Assembly (NCBI GenBank): GCA_964513845.1
Contig: CAZENT010000003.1
Location: 70,809 to 134,808, forward strand
DNA length: 64,000 bases
DNA from: an uncultured Pseudomonadales bacterium
GTDB lineage: Bacteria > Patescibacteriota > Microgenomatia > UBA1400 > MFAQ01
Reading direction: 5' to 3'
The position numbers and the translations under genes were made by a program. The first letter of the stretch is position 1. Each line of letters starts with the position of its first letter. Positions 50,035 to 59,125 of this stretch are shown one piece after another. Under the pieces are notes generated by a model, which saw only the letters and a list, made by a program, of their open reading frames with translations, did not search any database and was not told the DNA's origin.

Positions 50035-50721
50035 TTATTGAAGTTTGAAAGTTTCGACTATTTGATCGAACAAATCTGTTTTGAGCGGATTCTTATCTCT
50101 TATTATAATAGCGAGCGTGCCCTTTCCATCATTTATTCTGGTGACGTAAGCTTTTGAGCGGAAGACGCCTGAATCGGTGGAGATGCCTGTGATTAGTGTG
50201 TAGTTTGTACCATTGAGATTTGTTTCGGTAATTGTTTTTTCTTCTAAACTCCAAGATTTAAAATTATTAAGGACTTTTTTCCAAACATCATCTGGGCTAA
50301 TATTCTCGTCAAGAGATAATACATCAATAAAACCCTCGATGGTTATTTTCATTAAGAAATCTTTTTCTATGCCTCCTGGGTAAATGTCGATTAAATTTGA
50401 TTGATCGGTTGCTTTGTTATTTTTAGAATCAAAACTTTCTTCAGAAATATTCCAATTCGAAGGATAACGAATTTCGTACCCTAAAAGATTGTTTTGATAT
50501 GTGGTCCATGATTTAGTGTCATCATGTCTTTTGTAGTTGTCTTCTTGGAATTTTTGTTCTCCAGTATATGGTTGGCCAAAAGATATGTTTTGTAGTTTGC
50601 TGTTTATCTGTTCAAAATTTAATGAATAGACTGCTAAAGAAACCACTAACCCAAAAAACAAAATGCATGATACGGGTGAGTGTTTTTTAATTTTCGTTTT
50701 CATTGATTGTGTAGGTTGCAT
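50035..50721 (-). CDS. hypothetical secreted/membrane-anchored protein
   Basis: N-terminal signal anchor. It is the last gene of a 5-gene minus-strand operon. Confidence 0.4.
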   Translation of the reverse strand: MQPTQSMKTKIKKHSPVSCILFFGLVVSLAVYSLNFEQINSKLQNISFGQPYTGEQKFQEDNYKRHDDTKSWTTYQNNLLGYEIRYPSNWNISEESFDSKNNKATDQSNLIDIYPGGIEKDFLMKITIEGFIDVLSLDENISPDDVWKKVLNNFKSWSLEEKTITETNLNGTNYTLITGISTDSGVFRSKAYVTRINDGKGTLAIIIRDKNPLKTDLFDQIVETFKLQ

Positions 50722-51268
50722 CGTTTGTAGCAGTGTTTAAAACTGTAATGATGGATGCGTTGAGAGGGCTGCCATCATATTTGCGGATATCTTCTACTGT
50801 GGTAATGACAACATTATTTTTAATTTTTAGATCGCTGGGGGAAAGTTTTTTAAAAATTCCTGTTTCCGTCTTTCCAGAAAAAACTGGACTTGATGGGGGA
50901 ACATGAGTAATTGTAGTATCTTCGTTTATGATTAAGGTTATCTTGGTGGTTCCAATTGAAGAGGGGACTTCAATAACAAGTTGTTTTTTTTCGATTTCTG
51001 AAATGACACCTGTAAGTGAGTAAACAGGGTTTGATATTTCTAGATATTTACTGTTGTTAGCTTCAGATAGATTCTCTGTGTTCGAATGTATGCGAGTGGT
51101 GAGAGTCAGATTGTTTCGATACTTGAGGAATAATAGAACAACTGTAATTACTAAAATAATGATTAAAGGAATGGATATTTTTATGATGAGGTCAAAAATA
51201 TCATTTTCCTTGTTTGAGGTTACTGGCTCGTGGGTGGATGGCTGTTGAATTAAGTAATTTTGGTCCAT
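50687..51268 (-). CDS. hypothetical membrane-anchored protein
   Basis: Single TM helix near the N terminus. It overlaps the downstream gene. Confidence 0.4.
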   Translation of the reverse strand: MDQNYLIQQPSTHEPVTSNKENDIFDLIIKISIPLIIILVITVVLLFLKYRNNLTLTTRIHSNTENLSEANNSKYLEISNPVYSLTGVISEIEKKQLVIEVPSSIGTTKITLIINEDTTITHVPPSSPVFSGKTETGIFKKLSPSDLKIKNNVVITTVEDIRKYDGSPLNASIITVLNTATNDATYTINENEN

Positions 51269-51292
51269 TTTTATGTTCTTCTTAATTCAGAT

Positions 51293-51976
51293 TTAATTAC
51301 AGTTGCCAACGATAAGATCTCCCCCTGTAGTGTAATAAACAGCTGTTCCTGTAACCGAAAGAGTACTATAGCGAGCAGCACCAACTGACTTGCCGTAGGT
51401 TCCAGAAGAGATGTTGTGAGCTCCGTAACATTTGTACATGACTACACCTCCACAAGATCTTCCATTGGAGTTTACGTAAGTGTCGGTTTGTATGGTACTA
51501 TCAGACCAGTGAACGGGGTGCCCAGAAAGAGGAACGTCGCAGAAAAGGTTAGTTGTATAACTAAAATAACCAGAGTAATGCCAAACGAGGTCATCTTGTC
51601 CTGCATGTGTGGTCCATGTAGGCCAACGAGGGCTACATGTACCTACTGGATTAACACCGGCAATTCCAACTCTTTTACTACTGACTGTAGATGGAAGATT
51701 GGCGTTGCCATAATCTGAACTGCAGGCACCTCCTGATGTAAAAGTGGTGCAATCTAAGAAGCTTCCCGTGCAAGTTGAGCTATTTGAACAAGTTTCCGGA
51801 CAATCTGAACCACACATATAACAACTGCCACATTGAACATAATTTGATCCACAACAACAAACAATGTCTTGACCACAACCTCCACAAGCTCCTCCGCAAA
51901 TTTCGGCACTTATTGAGGTCGTATTGCTAAGAAATGCTCCTACTGTGATGATGATTGCTAGTATGCGAATCGTCAT
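51293..51976 (-). CDS. secreted cysteine-rich protein (about 20 Cys in the first 60 mature residues)
   Basis: Signal peptide followed by CGGACGGCGQDIVCCCGSNYVQCGSCYMCGSDCPETC..., then a Cys-containing domain of about 120 aa. Confidence 0.45.
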   Translation of the reverse strand: MTIRILAIIITVGAFLSNTTSISAEICGGACGGCGQDIVCCCGSNYVQCGSCYMCGSDCPETCSNSSTCTGSFLDCTTFTSGGACSSDYGNANLPSTVSSKRVGIAGVNPVGTCSPRWPTWTTHAGQDDLVWHYSGYFSYTTNLFCDVPLSGHPVHWSDSTIQTDTYVNSNGRSCGGVVMYKCYGAHNISSGTYGKSVGAARYSTLSVTGTAVYYTTGGDLIVGNCN

Positions 51977-53836
51977 TTAATTAGTTGAATTCTCTAATTC
52001 TTGAAGTCGAAGTTCGAGGTTGTTGAGTCTGTTTTTTAGTTGTTGGTTTTCAATTTTTAGTGAGTCGATTTCTTTCTTGTGATTTTTCATCTCAGCTAGA
52101 AGCAAGACTCCAAGTTTTTCGTAATCGACATTGGCAACATTTCTAGTGCCATCGCTCAGTGTTAGTTCTGGATACACCTTGAACACTTCTTCTGCAATGA
52201 GTCCGAACTGGCGTCCACCGGAAAGAGATTTTCCTAGCTGTTTGTATTTTTCTTTGTAGTCATATGTTTTGGGTTCAAGTTCATAAATTCTACTTGAATC
52301 TAAAACCATTGGAACAATGTTTTCTTTGTAATATTTGGATGATCCTCCTGCATACAAACTGCCGACCACATGAATTTTGTAAGTCGGAGCTGTTGTACCA
52401 ATGCCGACGTTGCCGGTACCGTTTGGCATTATGGCAAAGTGCTGGTTTGTGCCAGTAATGATATCTGAAGAAATTCCTGAAAAAACTACTGATCCAGTTG
52501 TAAATGTGGGTCCGTTGTTGGTAACGATGACTCCAGTTCCTGTTTCATCGCTGATGGAATAGCGCACGTTGGCTGAAGTAATAGTAGTGGTTAATTTGCC
52601 TCCTGTGGTAGTACTAACGAGTCTGTTTGCAGTTATTCCAGAGAAGGTTATAGTTCCTGATGATGTTAAGCCTGTTAAGCCTGTGGCAGCCCCTGCGGAT
52701 GATACATCCCAGTTTGATGAGTTTACCGCGACAGTGTTTGACCCCCCGCCAATACTAATCGCTCCGGTTGAAGTACCAGTGTTGATATTGGTTGCGTAAA
52801 TTGATGAAGAATTTAAATTTATATTTCCATACGAAGCATTAAATGAGCCGACAACGTCTAGTATTGCTTCTGGAGATGCGGTACCAATGCCGACATTGCC
52901 ATTAGCAGTTATTCGTAAGCGTTCGTTACCGCCGGTAGCAAACCACATAGGTGTATTTTCTGTGTTCCAAAATTCAGCGCCTCCCGAATAGTGATAATCA
53001 ATCCACAAGCCATCACTTCCTGTCGATCCAGAGTCACCATTTATGAGTTGAATGGCTGATGAATTAGCACTGGGTGCAAAAATAGTAAGTGGAGTGTTTG
53101 GGCTGGTTGTACCAATGCCGATTTTTCCACCTGTGTAAAGGTTGCCTGTTGCGGGAGAGAGACCTGCTAAACCGTTTTCTGGACAAATGGCACCAGCACA
53201 AATCAGTAGATTCCTGTTTACTGTTTGAATATCTCCAGCGGCGGCAAGAGTATCTGTGACGCCAGAAATGGCGAATCCCATTCGAAGAAGTTCGCGATCA
53301 GAGGTGGCATAAGTTCCAGTTGGGGTATTTACATCGGCATCGGCTATCGTCATGTCACTAATGTTTTCGCGATATGTCCATGTTGCGTCTGGGCAAAGAT
53401 TGGTGGTTTGATCTGCCAAAACCATTTGAATCTGGGTGATTGGAGAATCGAGTTTGAGAGTATTTCCATAGGGGTCTGTGGTGATATTTATTGGGTCGGG
53501 AACTCCGTCTAGGTCAGCATCCTTGACGCATAGTTTGCCTTGAGCTATTTTTCCGCTTGTGTTGATATAGATTATGCCTCGCTCAGTTTCAGTATCCTGA
53601 ATTACTATCTTGTATGGAGAGGGTGGAAAAACAAGAGTTTTGTGTAGAGTGATAGCGGTGCCAGGTGTAATAATCAAATCTCCATCAGCTACTCCGTTAA
53701 CATCTTCATAAACTACACAACTATTGTTAAAAGTAATATTTCCTCCTGAAGTAAAATTACAGTAGTCGTAGGCAGAAATGTGTTTGGGGAAAATGAAAAT
53801 TAGGGAAAGGGAAAGAAAAAAGAATATTTTTTTCAT
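51977..53836 (-). CDS. secreted tail-fibre-like protein with C-terminal intramolecular-chaperone (peptidase S74-like) domain
   Basis: Signal peptide, a long Gly/Thr/Ser/Asn-rich beta-repeat region, then a C terminus ...KENIVPM...YDYK...GLIAEEV...VDYEKLGVLLLAEMKNHKKEIDSLK plus a coiled coil. This is the pattern of phage tail-spike autochaperone domains. Confidence 0.55.
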   Translation of the reverse strand: MKKIFFFLSLSLIFIFPKHISAYDYCNFTSGGNITFNNSCVVYEDVNGVADGDLIITPGTAITLHKTLVFPPSPYKIVIQDTETERGIIYINTSGKIAQGKLCVKDADLDGVPDPINITTDPYGNTLKLDSPITQIQMVLADQTTNLCPDATWTYRENISDMTIADADVNTPTGTYATSDRELLRMGFAISGVTDTLAAAGDIQTVNRNLLICAGAICPENGLAGLSPATGNLYTGGKIGIGTTSPNTPLTIFAPSANSSAIQLINGDSGSTGSDGLWIDYHYSGGAEFWNTENTPMWFATGGNERLRITANGNVGIGTASPEAILDVVGSFNASYGNINLNSSSIYATNINTGTSTGAISIGGGSNTVAVNSSNWDVSSAGAATGLTGLTSSGTITFSGITANRLVSTTTGGKLTTTITSANVRYSISDETGTGVIVTNNGPTFTTGSVVFSGISSDIITGTNQHFAIMPNGTGNVGIGTTAPTYKIHVVGSLYAGGSSKYYKENIVPMVLDSSRIYELEPKTYDYKEKYKQLGKSLSGGRQFGLIAEEVFKVYPELTLSDGTRNVANVDYEKLGVLLLAEMKNHKKEIDSLKIENQQLKNRLNNLELRLQELENSTN

Positions 53837-53838
53837 AG

Positions 53839-54369
53839 TTATTTGATTAACATAGGCTGGGAGGTTTTGTTGCCCAACTCGGTAGTAATTTCAAAAGAGA
53901 CATTGTATATTTTTTCGTAGGTGTCCGAGAATTGATATGTGGTGGACCATATACCATTGGTGGTGGAACCTGAGATTAGCTTCATGGGGTGAGAGGTGGT
54001 TTGGGCATCAGTGTTGAGAGTGAGGCTGACAGTGTTGATAGGCTCTTTGCTTTGAATGGTAGCGGAAACGGTTTGTTTGGTGTCTTTGGCTGGATCAAGA
54101 GGGTCATAGGTGATGGAAGTGACGGTCGAATCTCCCCAAGATCCTTGAACATTGTAAGTTTGTTTGCCGTGAGGAAGGATAAGGTAGGGAGTGGGAGCGG
54201 CGACAGTGCCAGGGGGTAGCTTTTTATTTGTAATTGGAGTGGTTTTTGTAAGAGTCGGGGTGGGTAATTTCCAACCAAAAGGATTGGCAAGAAGAAGGAA
54301 AAAACCTAAAAGACCAAAAGAGACTCCTAAAATTACGTAGAGAACGGGAGATATTTTTCCTGAGTTCAT
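53839..54369 (-). CDS. hypothetical secreted protein (first gene of the operon)
   Basis: N-terminal TM/signal segment, then a T/S/P-rich region. Confidence 0.4.
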   Translation of the reverse strand: MNSGKISPVLYVILGVSFGLLGFFLLLANPFGWKLPTPTLTKTTPITNKKLPPGTVAAPTPYLILPHGKQTYNVQGSWGDSTVTSITYDPLDPAKDTKQTVSATIQSKEPINTVSLTLNTDAQTTSHPMKLISGSTTNGIWSTTYQFSDTYEKIYNVSFEITTELGNKTSQPMLIK

Positions 54370-54448
54370 AGCCTAGTATCAATATAGAGAAAATTGTGAT
54401 AATAGTCAATTATTTTGGGGGAGAGAAATGCTTTGCTCGATACCTAGT

Positions 54449-54566
54449 ATAAGAGCTTGCTCGTCTTCTTTTCCATAATAATTATTATGGAAATATCATC
54501 CTGTGCTTCCTCTTATATCTGCTCCTATAATTGCTTTACCATTATAGGATTGATATAATACAGGCT
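54449..54566 (+). promoter_or_regulatory. conserved promoter/operator block, family C copy 2 (perfect 23-nt palindrome ttccataataa-t-ttattatggaa plus TATAAT box) in a divergent promoter region
   Basis: About 85% identical to 46541-46663. It sits between the minus-strand secreted-protein operon and the plus-strand 7TM/ATP-grasp operon. Confidence 0.6.
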
Positions 54567-55451
54567 ATGAAAAAAGCATTGATGGGACTTATTTTTTTGA
54601 TGGTTGTCGGGGCATTTTTTGGGACACCAAAATCATGGGCTATTTCTGAAACTGCTTTACCTAAAATAGTACCTACTGAAACAGCAACAGTGTCGGCAGA
54701 GACAGCTCCTGTAAAGGAAATTGACTTAACTGTGCCTAAACAAGAGGGTGATCGTTTGACTAAACTGATGAATGGACAAAAATTATCAGGATGGTGGGGC
54801 AAGGATGTTTTGAAACTGGCTATGCGTAAAGCTGTGTCTGAAGGAGTGTCTCCCAATACCCTGGTACTGCTTTTCTTATTTCCTCTAGTGGCAGCTTTGG
54901 TGGCTTTTTCTCGCCAAGTGGTCGGTGTGTCTGGATTTGGCATGATTACACCTGCCTTACTTTCGGTGGCCTTTTTGTCTACCGGAGGCTTGGTGGGCTT
55001 AGTGCTTCTGTTCTTTATTCTTGGCGTGGCAACATTGGGAAGATTGTTAATCAAGAAAGTCAAAGTGCCATATTTTCCAAAACTAGCTATTCTGATCTGG
55101 GTGGTTTCAATGGCTGTTTTGGTTTTGCTTTTGATGTCGCCGATGATTGGCCTTGAAAGACTAATGAGCGTGGGAATTTTTCCCATTATGCTGTTTGTGC
55201 TTTTGGCTGAAACTTTTATCGAAGCTCAGATTACCAGAAGTTTGGCCACTTCAATGTGGATGACAATCGAAACAGTGATTTTGGCTTTGATTGCTTATAA
55301 ATTGATGAGCGCTCCTTGGATTCAGTCTCAGGTATTGCTTCATCCGGAAATTACCGTAGTCGGAATTTTGGGTCTGGACTATTTGATCGGTACTTATAAG
55401 GGATTGAGATTAATGGAGATTTGGAGATTTCGTAAATTATTGAGAAAATAA
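54567..55451 (+). CDS. polytopic (about 7 TM) membrane protein with N-terminal signal peptide, associated with an ATP-grasp operon (7TM-transglutaminase-like partner?)
   Basis: MKKALMGLIFLMVVGAFFGTPKSWA signal, an extracytoplasmic region of about 90 aa, then seven hydrophobic helices. Genomic context matches the 7TM component of RimK-like amidoligase systems. Confidence 0.45.
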   Translation: MKKALMGLIFLMVVGAFFGTPKSWAISETALPKIVPTETATVSAETAPVKEIDLTVPKQEGDRLTKLMNGQKLSGWWGKDVLKLAMRKAVSEGVSPNTLVLLFLFPLVAALVAFSRQVVGVSGFGMITPALLSVAFLSTGGLVGLVLLFFILGVATLGRLLIKKVKVPYFPKLAILIWVVSMAVLVLLLMSPMIGLERLMSVGIFPIMLFVLLAETFIEAQITRSLATSMWMTIETVILALIAYKLMSAPWIQSQVLLHPEITVVGILGLDYLIGTYKGLRLMEIWRFRKLLRK

Positions 55452-55464
55452 TATTGAGATTTTT

Positions 55465-56775
55465 ATGATTAGACTGAACGACATACTAGGGCTTAATGCT
55501 CGATCGGCTGACTATTTGCTTTTAAACAAAAAGTCCGCCCGAAAAAGAGCAGACGACAAACTCTTGACAAAGAGAATGCTGAAACGCGCCCATGTAGCTC
55601 ACCCTAGGCTGTTGGGGGTGCTGAAAGATGCTCATGAAGTGAGAGATTTTGACTGGAGCAAACTAACCGGAGGATTTGCCGTAAAACCAGTTCAGGGTTT
55701 TGGCGGACAGGGAATAGTGCTCGTGAAGCGCCAGGCTAAAGAAGAGGGAAAATTTTGGACTGTAGACGGAAAGAAAATAAGTATAGAAGATCTCGTGCTG
55801 CACACTGTAGATATTGTCGAGGGGAAATATTCACACAATAATTTACCTGACAAAGCGATGATCGAAGAGAGAATTACCATTCATCCTAAGTTTAAAAAAT
55901 TAGCTGTAGGTGGCGCTCCTGATGTGAGAGTAATTGTTTTTAACAATATTCCTGTGATGGCGATGTTACGCTTACCAACTGAAGAAAGTGCCGGAAAGGC
56001 CAATCTTCATCAGGGTGCTATTGGCCTGGGAATTGATATGGCAACAGGGATTACAACCTATGGAGTATATAAAAATGGCCAGATAAAGTATTTTCCGGAT
56101 ACAAATAAAAAGGTAAACGGGATTGCTATTCCTTACTGGAACAAAATTCTTCTGATGGCAGTAAAAACACAAAAAGTGTCGCACTTGCCATATTTGTCGG
56201 TGGACATGCTTATAGATGAGAAAAAAGGACCTGTGGTTTTGGAGTTAAACGATCAACCAGGACTTTCTATCCAGCTTGCGAATATGGCCGGACTCCGCAG
56301 AAGACTTCAAAGAGTTGAAGGGTTGGAAGTTGACAATGTGGAAAAGGGGGTAAAGATTGGAAAAGCATTGTTTGCCAGTAAATTTGCCAATAGGGTACAG
56401 TTTTTGGGAGAAGACAAACCAGTATTGGGAATATTTGAAACAGCTCAGATTAAGACGGGAAAAAAGAAGTGGACTGAGGTGCGATGCAAGATCGATACCG
56501 GTGCTAGAAGCACTTCAATTGATCAAAGTTTGGCTTTGGAATTGGGCTTGCTCCGCCCCGAAAATGTGCTTTGGACAAAGAAAGTTAAAAATTCTCTGGG
56601 TTTTGAGGAGAGAACAATCATCGGGATTACGATGAAAATAAAGGGAAAGACGATAAGGACACGAGCTAGCCTTACCAATAGGGCAGAGCTAAGACGCCAG
56701 TTTTTGATTGGTAGACGAGATTTGAAAGATTTTGTGGTTAATCCGGGGTTGATTAGAATTAGAAAGAAAAAATGA
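55465..56775 (+). CDS. ATP-grasp (alpha-L-glutamate ligase-related, RimK-like) fused to a C-terminal retropepsin-like aspartyl peptidase domain
   Basis: The N-terminal ~300 aa have the RimK-related ATP-grasp layout (MIRLNDILGLNARSADYLLLN...ADDKLLTK...). The C-terminal ~130 aa carry KIDTGARSTSID (D-T-G-A catalytic motif) as in RimB/PF05618-type peptidases. Confidence 0.5.
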   Translation: MIRLNDILGLNARSADYLLLNKKSARKRADDKLLTKRMLKRAHVAHPRLLGVLKDAHEVRDFDWSKLTGGFAVKPVQGFGGQGIVLVKRQAKEEGKFWTVDGKKISIEDLVLHTVDIVEGKYSHNNLPDKAMIEERITIHPKFKKLAVGGAPDVRVIVFNNIPVMAMLRLPTEESAGKANLHQGAIGLGIDMATGITTYGVYKNGQIKYFPDTNKKVNGIAIPYWNKILLMAVKTQKVSHLPYLSVDMLIDEKKGPVVLELNDQPGLSIQLANMAGLRRRLQRVEGLEVDNVEKGVKIGKALFASKFANRVQFLGEDKPVLGIFETAQIKTGKKKWTEVRCKIDTGARSTSIDQSLALELGLLRPENVLWTKKVKNSLGFEERTIIGITMKIKGKTIRTRASLTNRAELRRQFLIGRRDLKDFVVNPGLIRIRKKK

Positions 56776-56823
56776 TAGGAAAAAATATTTTTGGATATTT
56801 CTTAAATTTTCTTCCATACAAAA

Positions 56824-56910
56824 AACCGGACGCTATTTTGCCTGCGCAAAATCCGTCCTTACTATCAGCGAAATTTTCTTTGAATACAAAGAAACCGGGC
56901 AATTTCGCTT
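56824..56910 (+). repeat. structured repeat family B, copy 3 (inside the ATP-grasp operon)
   Basis: Hairpin 1 is attttgc-ctgc-gcaaaat. Hairpin 2 has outer stem agcgaaatt/aatttcgct and inner stem ttctttg-aata-caaagaa, with accgggc and ttgcgcgatatttttt. Confidence 0.8.
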
Positions 56911-57036
56911 TGCGCGATATTTTTTGTATCGGACGAAAATTACGAAATGTAAAATATTTTCTTAATTGGGAGTGCACTTCAAAACATAATATATTATTGA
57001 ATAATTTATCAAGCAGATTAGTGTTAAATTAAGTAT

Positions 57037-57951
57037 ATGAAAATAGCATACCTGCACAGAATTACTTTCGACGAGAGTGAACAGAGATTTTTGGAAGAAG
57101 CCAAAAATCTAGGGATTGAGCTGGTGTTGATCAAATACAGACAGCTAAGAATGGTTGATGGAAAAATTCTTTTTGAAGACACTGATATGAAAGACTTCGA
57201 TGGCTGGTTTTTCCGCTCTGTGGGGTCTGAACTGGAGTGGAGTAAGCTCTTACAGCTTTATGCCAAGAAACACAATATTCCTGTCGTTGACGAGTATTTG
57301 AAAACCGAAGGACCTTTGCGCCGTTTTAAAAGCGTGATGACTTGGCAACTGGTTGAGGCAGGAGTGAAGTATCCAAAATCTCAGTATATCGAGACTTGGA
57401 ATGACTTAGAGAAGTTTTTGAGAGAGGCAAGTTTTCCTTTGATTGTGAAACTTTCTCAGGGTGGAAGACATGGAATGGGAACTTTTTGGATTAGAGAGTT
57501 TGAAGATTTGAACAAACTAAAAGTAATTTTGGAAGAGAGAAAAGAAAAAGCCAAAAAGAAGGGTGAAAAAGTGCCGATGATTAGGGGATTTTTGGTTCAA
57601 GAATATATTGAGAATGATGGAGATTTCCGAGTGGTGACGGTTGGATATAAATGTATTGGAGGATTTAAAAGACAGGTAAAAGAGGAAAAATTGATTTTGA
57701 ACAAGAGTCAGGGCAATTCAATTGGATTAAAAGAAGTGCCTGAAGCTGTGGTGAGAACCGCAGAGGCTGCGGCAAGGGCATTGGAAGTGGAAGTGGCCGG
57801 GACGGATTTGGTTATCAGTAAGAAAACCGGAGAAGTTTACATAATTGAAGTGAACGAAGCACCGCAGTTTAAGGTGTTTGAAAAGAGAACTAAGATTAAT
57901 GCGCCAAGAAAAATCTTGGAGTACTGTATAGAAAAATTTCGAAAATTATGA
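57037..57951 (+). CDS. RimK-family ATP-grasp ligase (alpha-L-glutamate ligase-like), paralog 1
   Basis: MKIAYL start, ATP-grasp B/C domain motifs (IVKLSQGGRHGMGTF, VQEYIE, AGTDLV...EVNEAPQF), at 304 aa. Confidence 0.75.
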   Translation: MKIAYLHRITFDESEQRFLEEAKNLGIELVLIKYRQLRMVDGKILFEDTDMKDFDGWFFRSVGSELEWSKLLQLYAKKHNIPVVDEYLKTEGPLRRFKSVMTWQLVEAGVKYPKSQYIETWNDLEKFLREASFPLIVKLSQGGRHGMGTFWIREFEDLNKLKVILEERKEKAKKKGEKVPMIRGFLVQEYIENDGDFRVVTVGYKCIGGFKRQVKEEKLILNKSQGNSIGLKEVPEAVVRTAEAAARALEVEVAGTDLVISKKTGEVYIIEVNEAPQFKVFEKRTKINAPRKILEYCIEKFRKL

Positions 57952-57999
57952 AAATGAATATTTCCGTATTCCTGCCGCACTCACTAACAGGGCTTATCA

Positions 58000-58126
58000 C
58001 CCTAGTTCTTTGTTGGCCACCGATAATTTGTCGCTTCCTGCGAGCGACAATCATCTCGATTCTCGACTTGAATTTCCACTTCGTGGAACCAAGCAATTCA
58101 AGTCTGCGAAGCGTGGCACAAAGAAC
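58000..58126 (+). repeat. 127-nt palindromic element, family D copy 1 (intergenic, between the two RimK genes)
   Basis: Identical at 126 of 127 nt to 60696-60822. Contains hairpins gtcgc-ttcctgcga-gcgac and ttccac-ttc-gtggaa. Confidence 0.85.
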
Positions 58127-58191
58127 AATGGTTCACGTCCTTTATGATATTCGTGCGTATGAAATAGTTGGAAAATATTCATAATTAATAT

Positions 58192-59106
58192 ATGAAAAAA
58201 GTATTAATACTGACCAGATTTAGAGGGGAGTATGAACCAAGGCGATTGGCTGAGGAAGCTGCTGCTTTTGGATATGAAGTGGATAGAGTGAATTATGAAC
58301 ATGTACGATTGGGAGTAAGCCCTTTGGGTAAACCGGTAATTGATCTAATGACCGGGAAGAAGCTGGAAGAGTACGACTTGGTAATTCCTAGGGCAGCAAC
58401 AAAACGAGGCGGTGAATCGATGTTGGGAGTGAAATCGGTAATTTTGGAGTATATCGAAAAACTGGTAGATAACAAGCCAACAGTAATCAATGGTGAAAGT
58501 TTTCGATTTTATCCTTTGATGGGAAAACTGGAACAGGGAATTCTTTTGGCTCAGGAGGGATTGTCGGTGATTCCTTTTGCTTCATTTAATGGTCATCGGG
58601 GATGGAAAAGATATCTGGAAATTCTGGCAAAAAGAAAAAATGCCTTTGTTCCAGTGATGGTAAAGGCTCGTTTTGGCAGTCATGGAAAGAACGTAAAACT
58701 GGCCGAAAACATTGAAAGATTGATAAAACTATCGCAAAGATATAGTGAGGGAGATGTATTGATTCAACCCGTGATTGTGGTTCGCAGATGGTATCGAGTT
58801 CTGGTACTTAATGGAGAGGTTTTGGGAATGATGAAACATAGACAGAAAAATAAGTTTCAGACTGAGGCAATTCAGACAGAAACAGCTTTACTGAAACCAA
58901 AATTTACCAAAGAACAAATGGAGGAGTTGAAAATTTTGGCCATTAGAGCGGCGAAAGTGCTTAAGGCTGATTTTGCCGGACTAGACATCGCATGGGATGA
59001 AAACTCAAAAGGGTGGAGAATTTTCGAAGTAAACAGAACAGCTCAGTTCCGATGGTTTGAGAAAGCTTATCCGGAAATAAACGTGGCACAGGCGATGGTT
59101 TTGTAA
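58192..59106 (+). CDS. RimK-family ATP-grasp ligase, paralog 2
   Basis: ATP-grasp motifs (VMVKARFGSHGKNV, IQPVI, AGLDIAWDE...FEVNRTAQF), at 304 aa. Confidence 0.75.
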   Translation: MKKVLILTRFRGEYEPRRLAEEAAAFGYEVDRVNYEHVRLGVSPLGKPVIDLMTGKKLEEYDLVIPRAATKRGGESMLGVKSVILEYIEKLVDNKPTVINGESFRFYPLMGKLEQGILLAQEGLSVIPFASFNGHRGWKRYLEILAKRKNAFVPVMVKARFGSHGKNVKLAENIERLIKLSQRYSEGDVLIQPVIVVRRWYRVLVLNGEVLGMMKHRQKNKFQTEAIQTETALLKPKFTKEQMEELKILAIRAAKVLKADFAGLDIAWDENSKGWRIFEVNRTAQFRWFEKAYPEINVAQAMVL

Positions 59107-59125
59107 AATATGATACGATTTCTTT

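Noticed and set aside
57948-58184. 78-aa plus-strand ORF (and 66-aa minus-strand ORF) between the two RimK-like genes
   Set aside because: It is made up largely of the 127-nt family D palindromic element. The open frame is most likely incidental.
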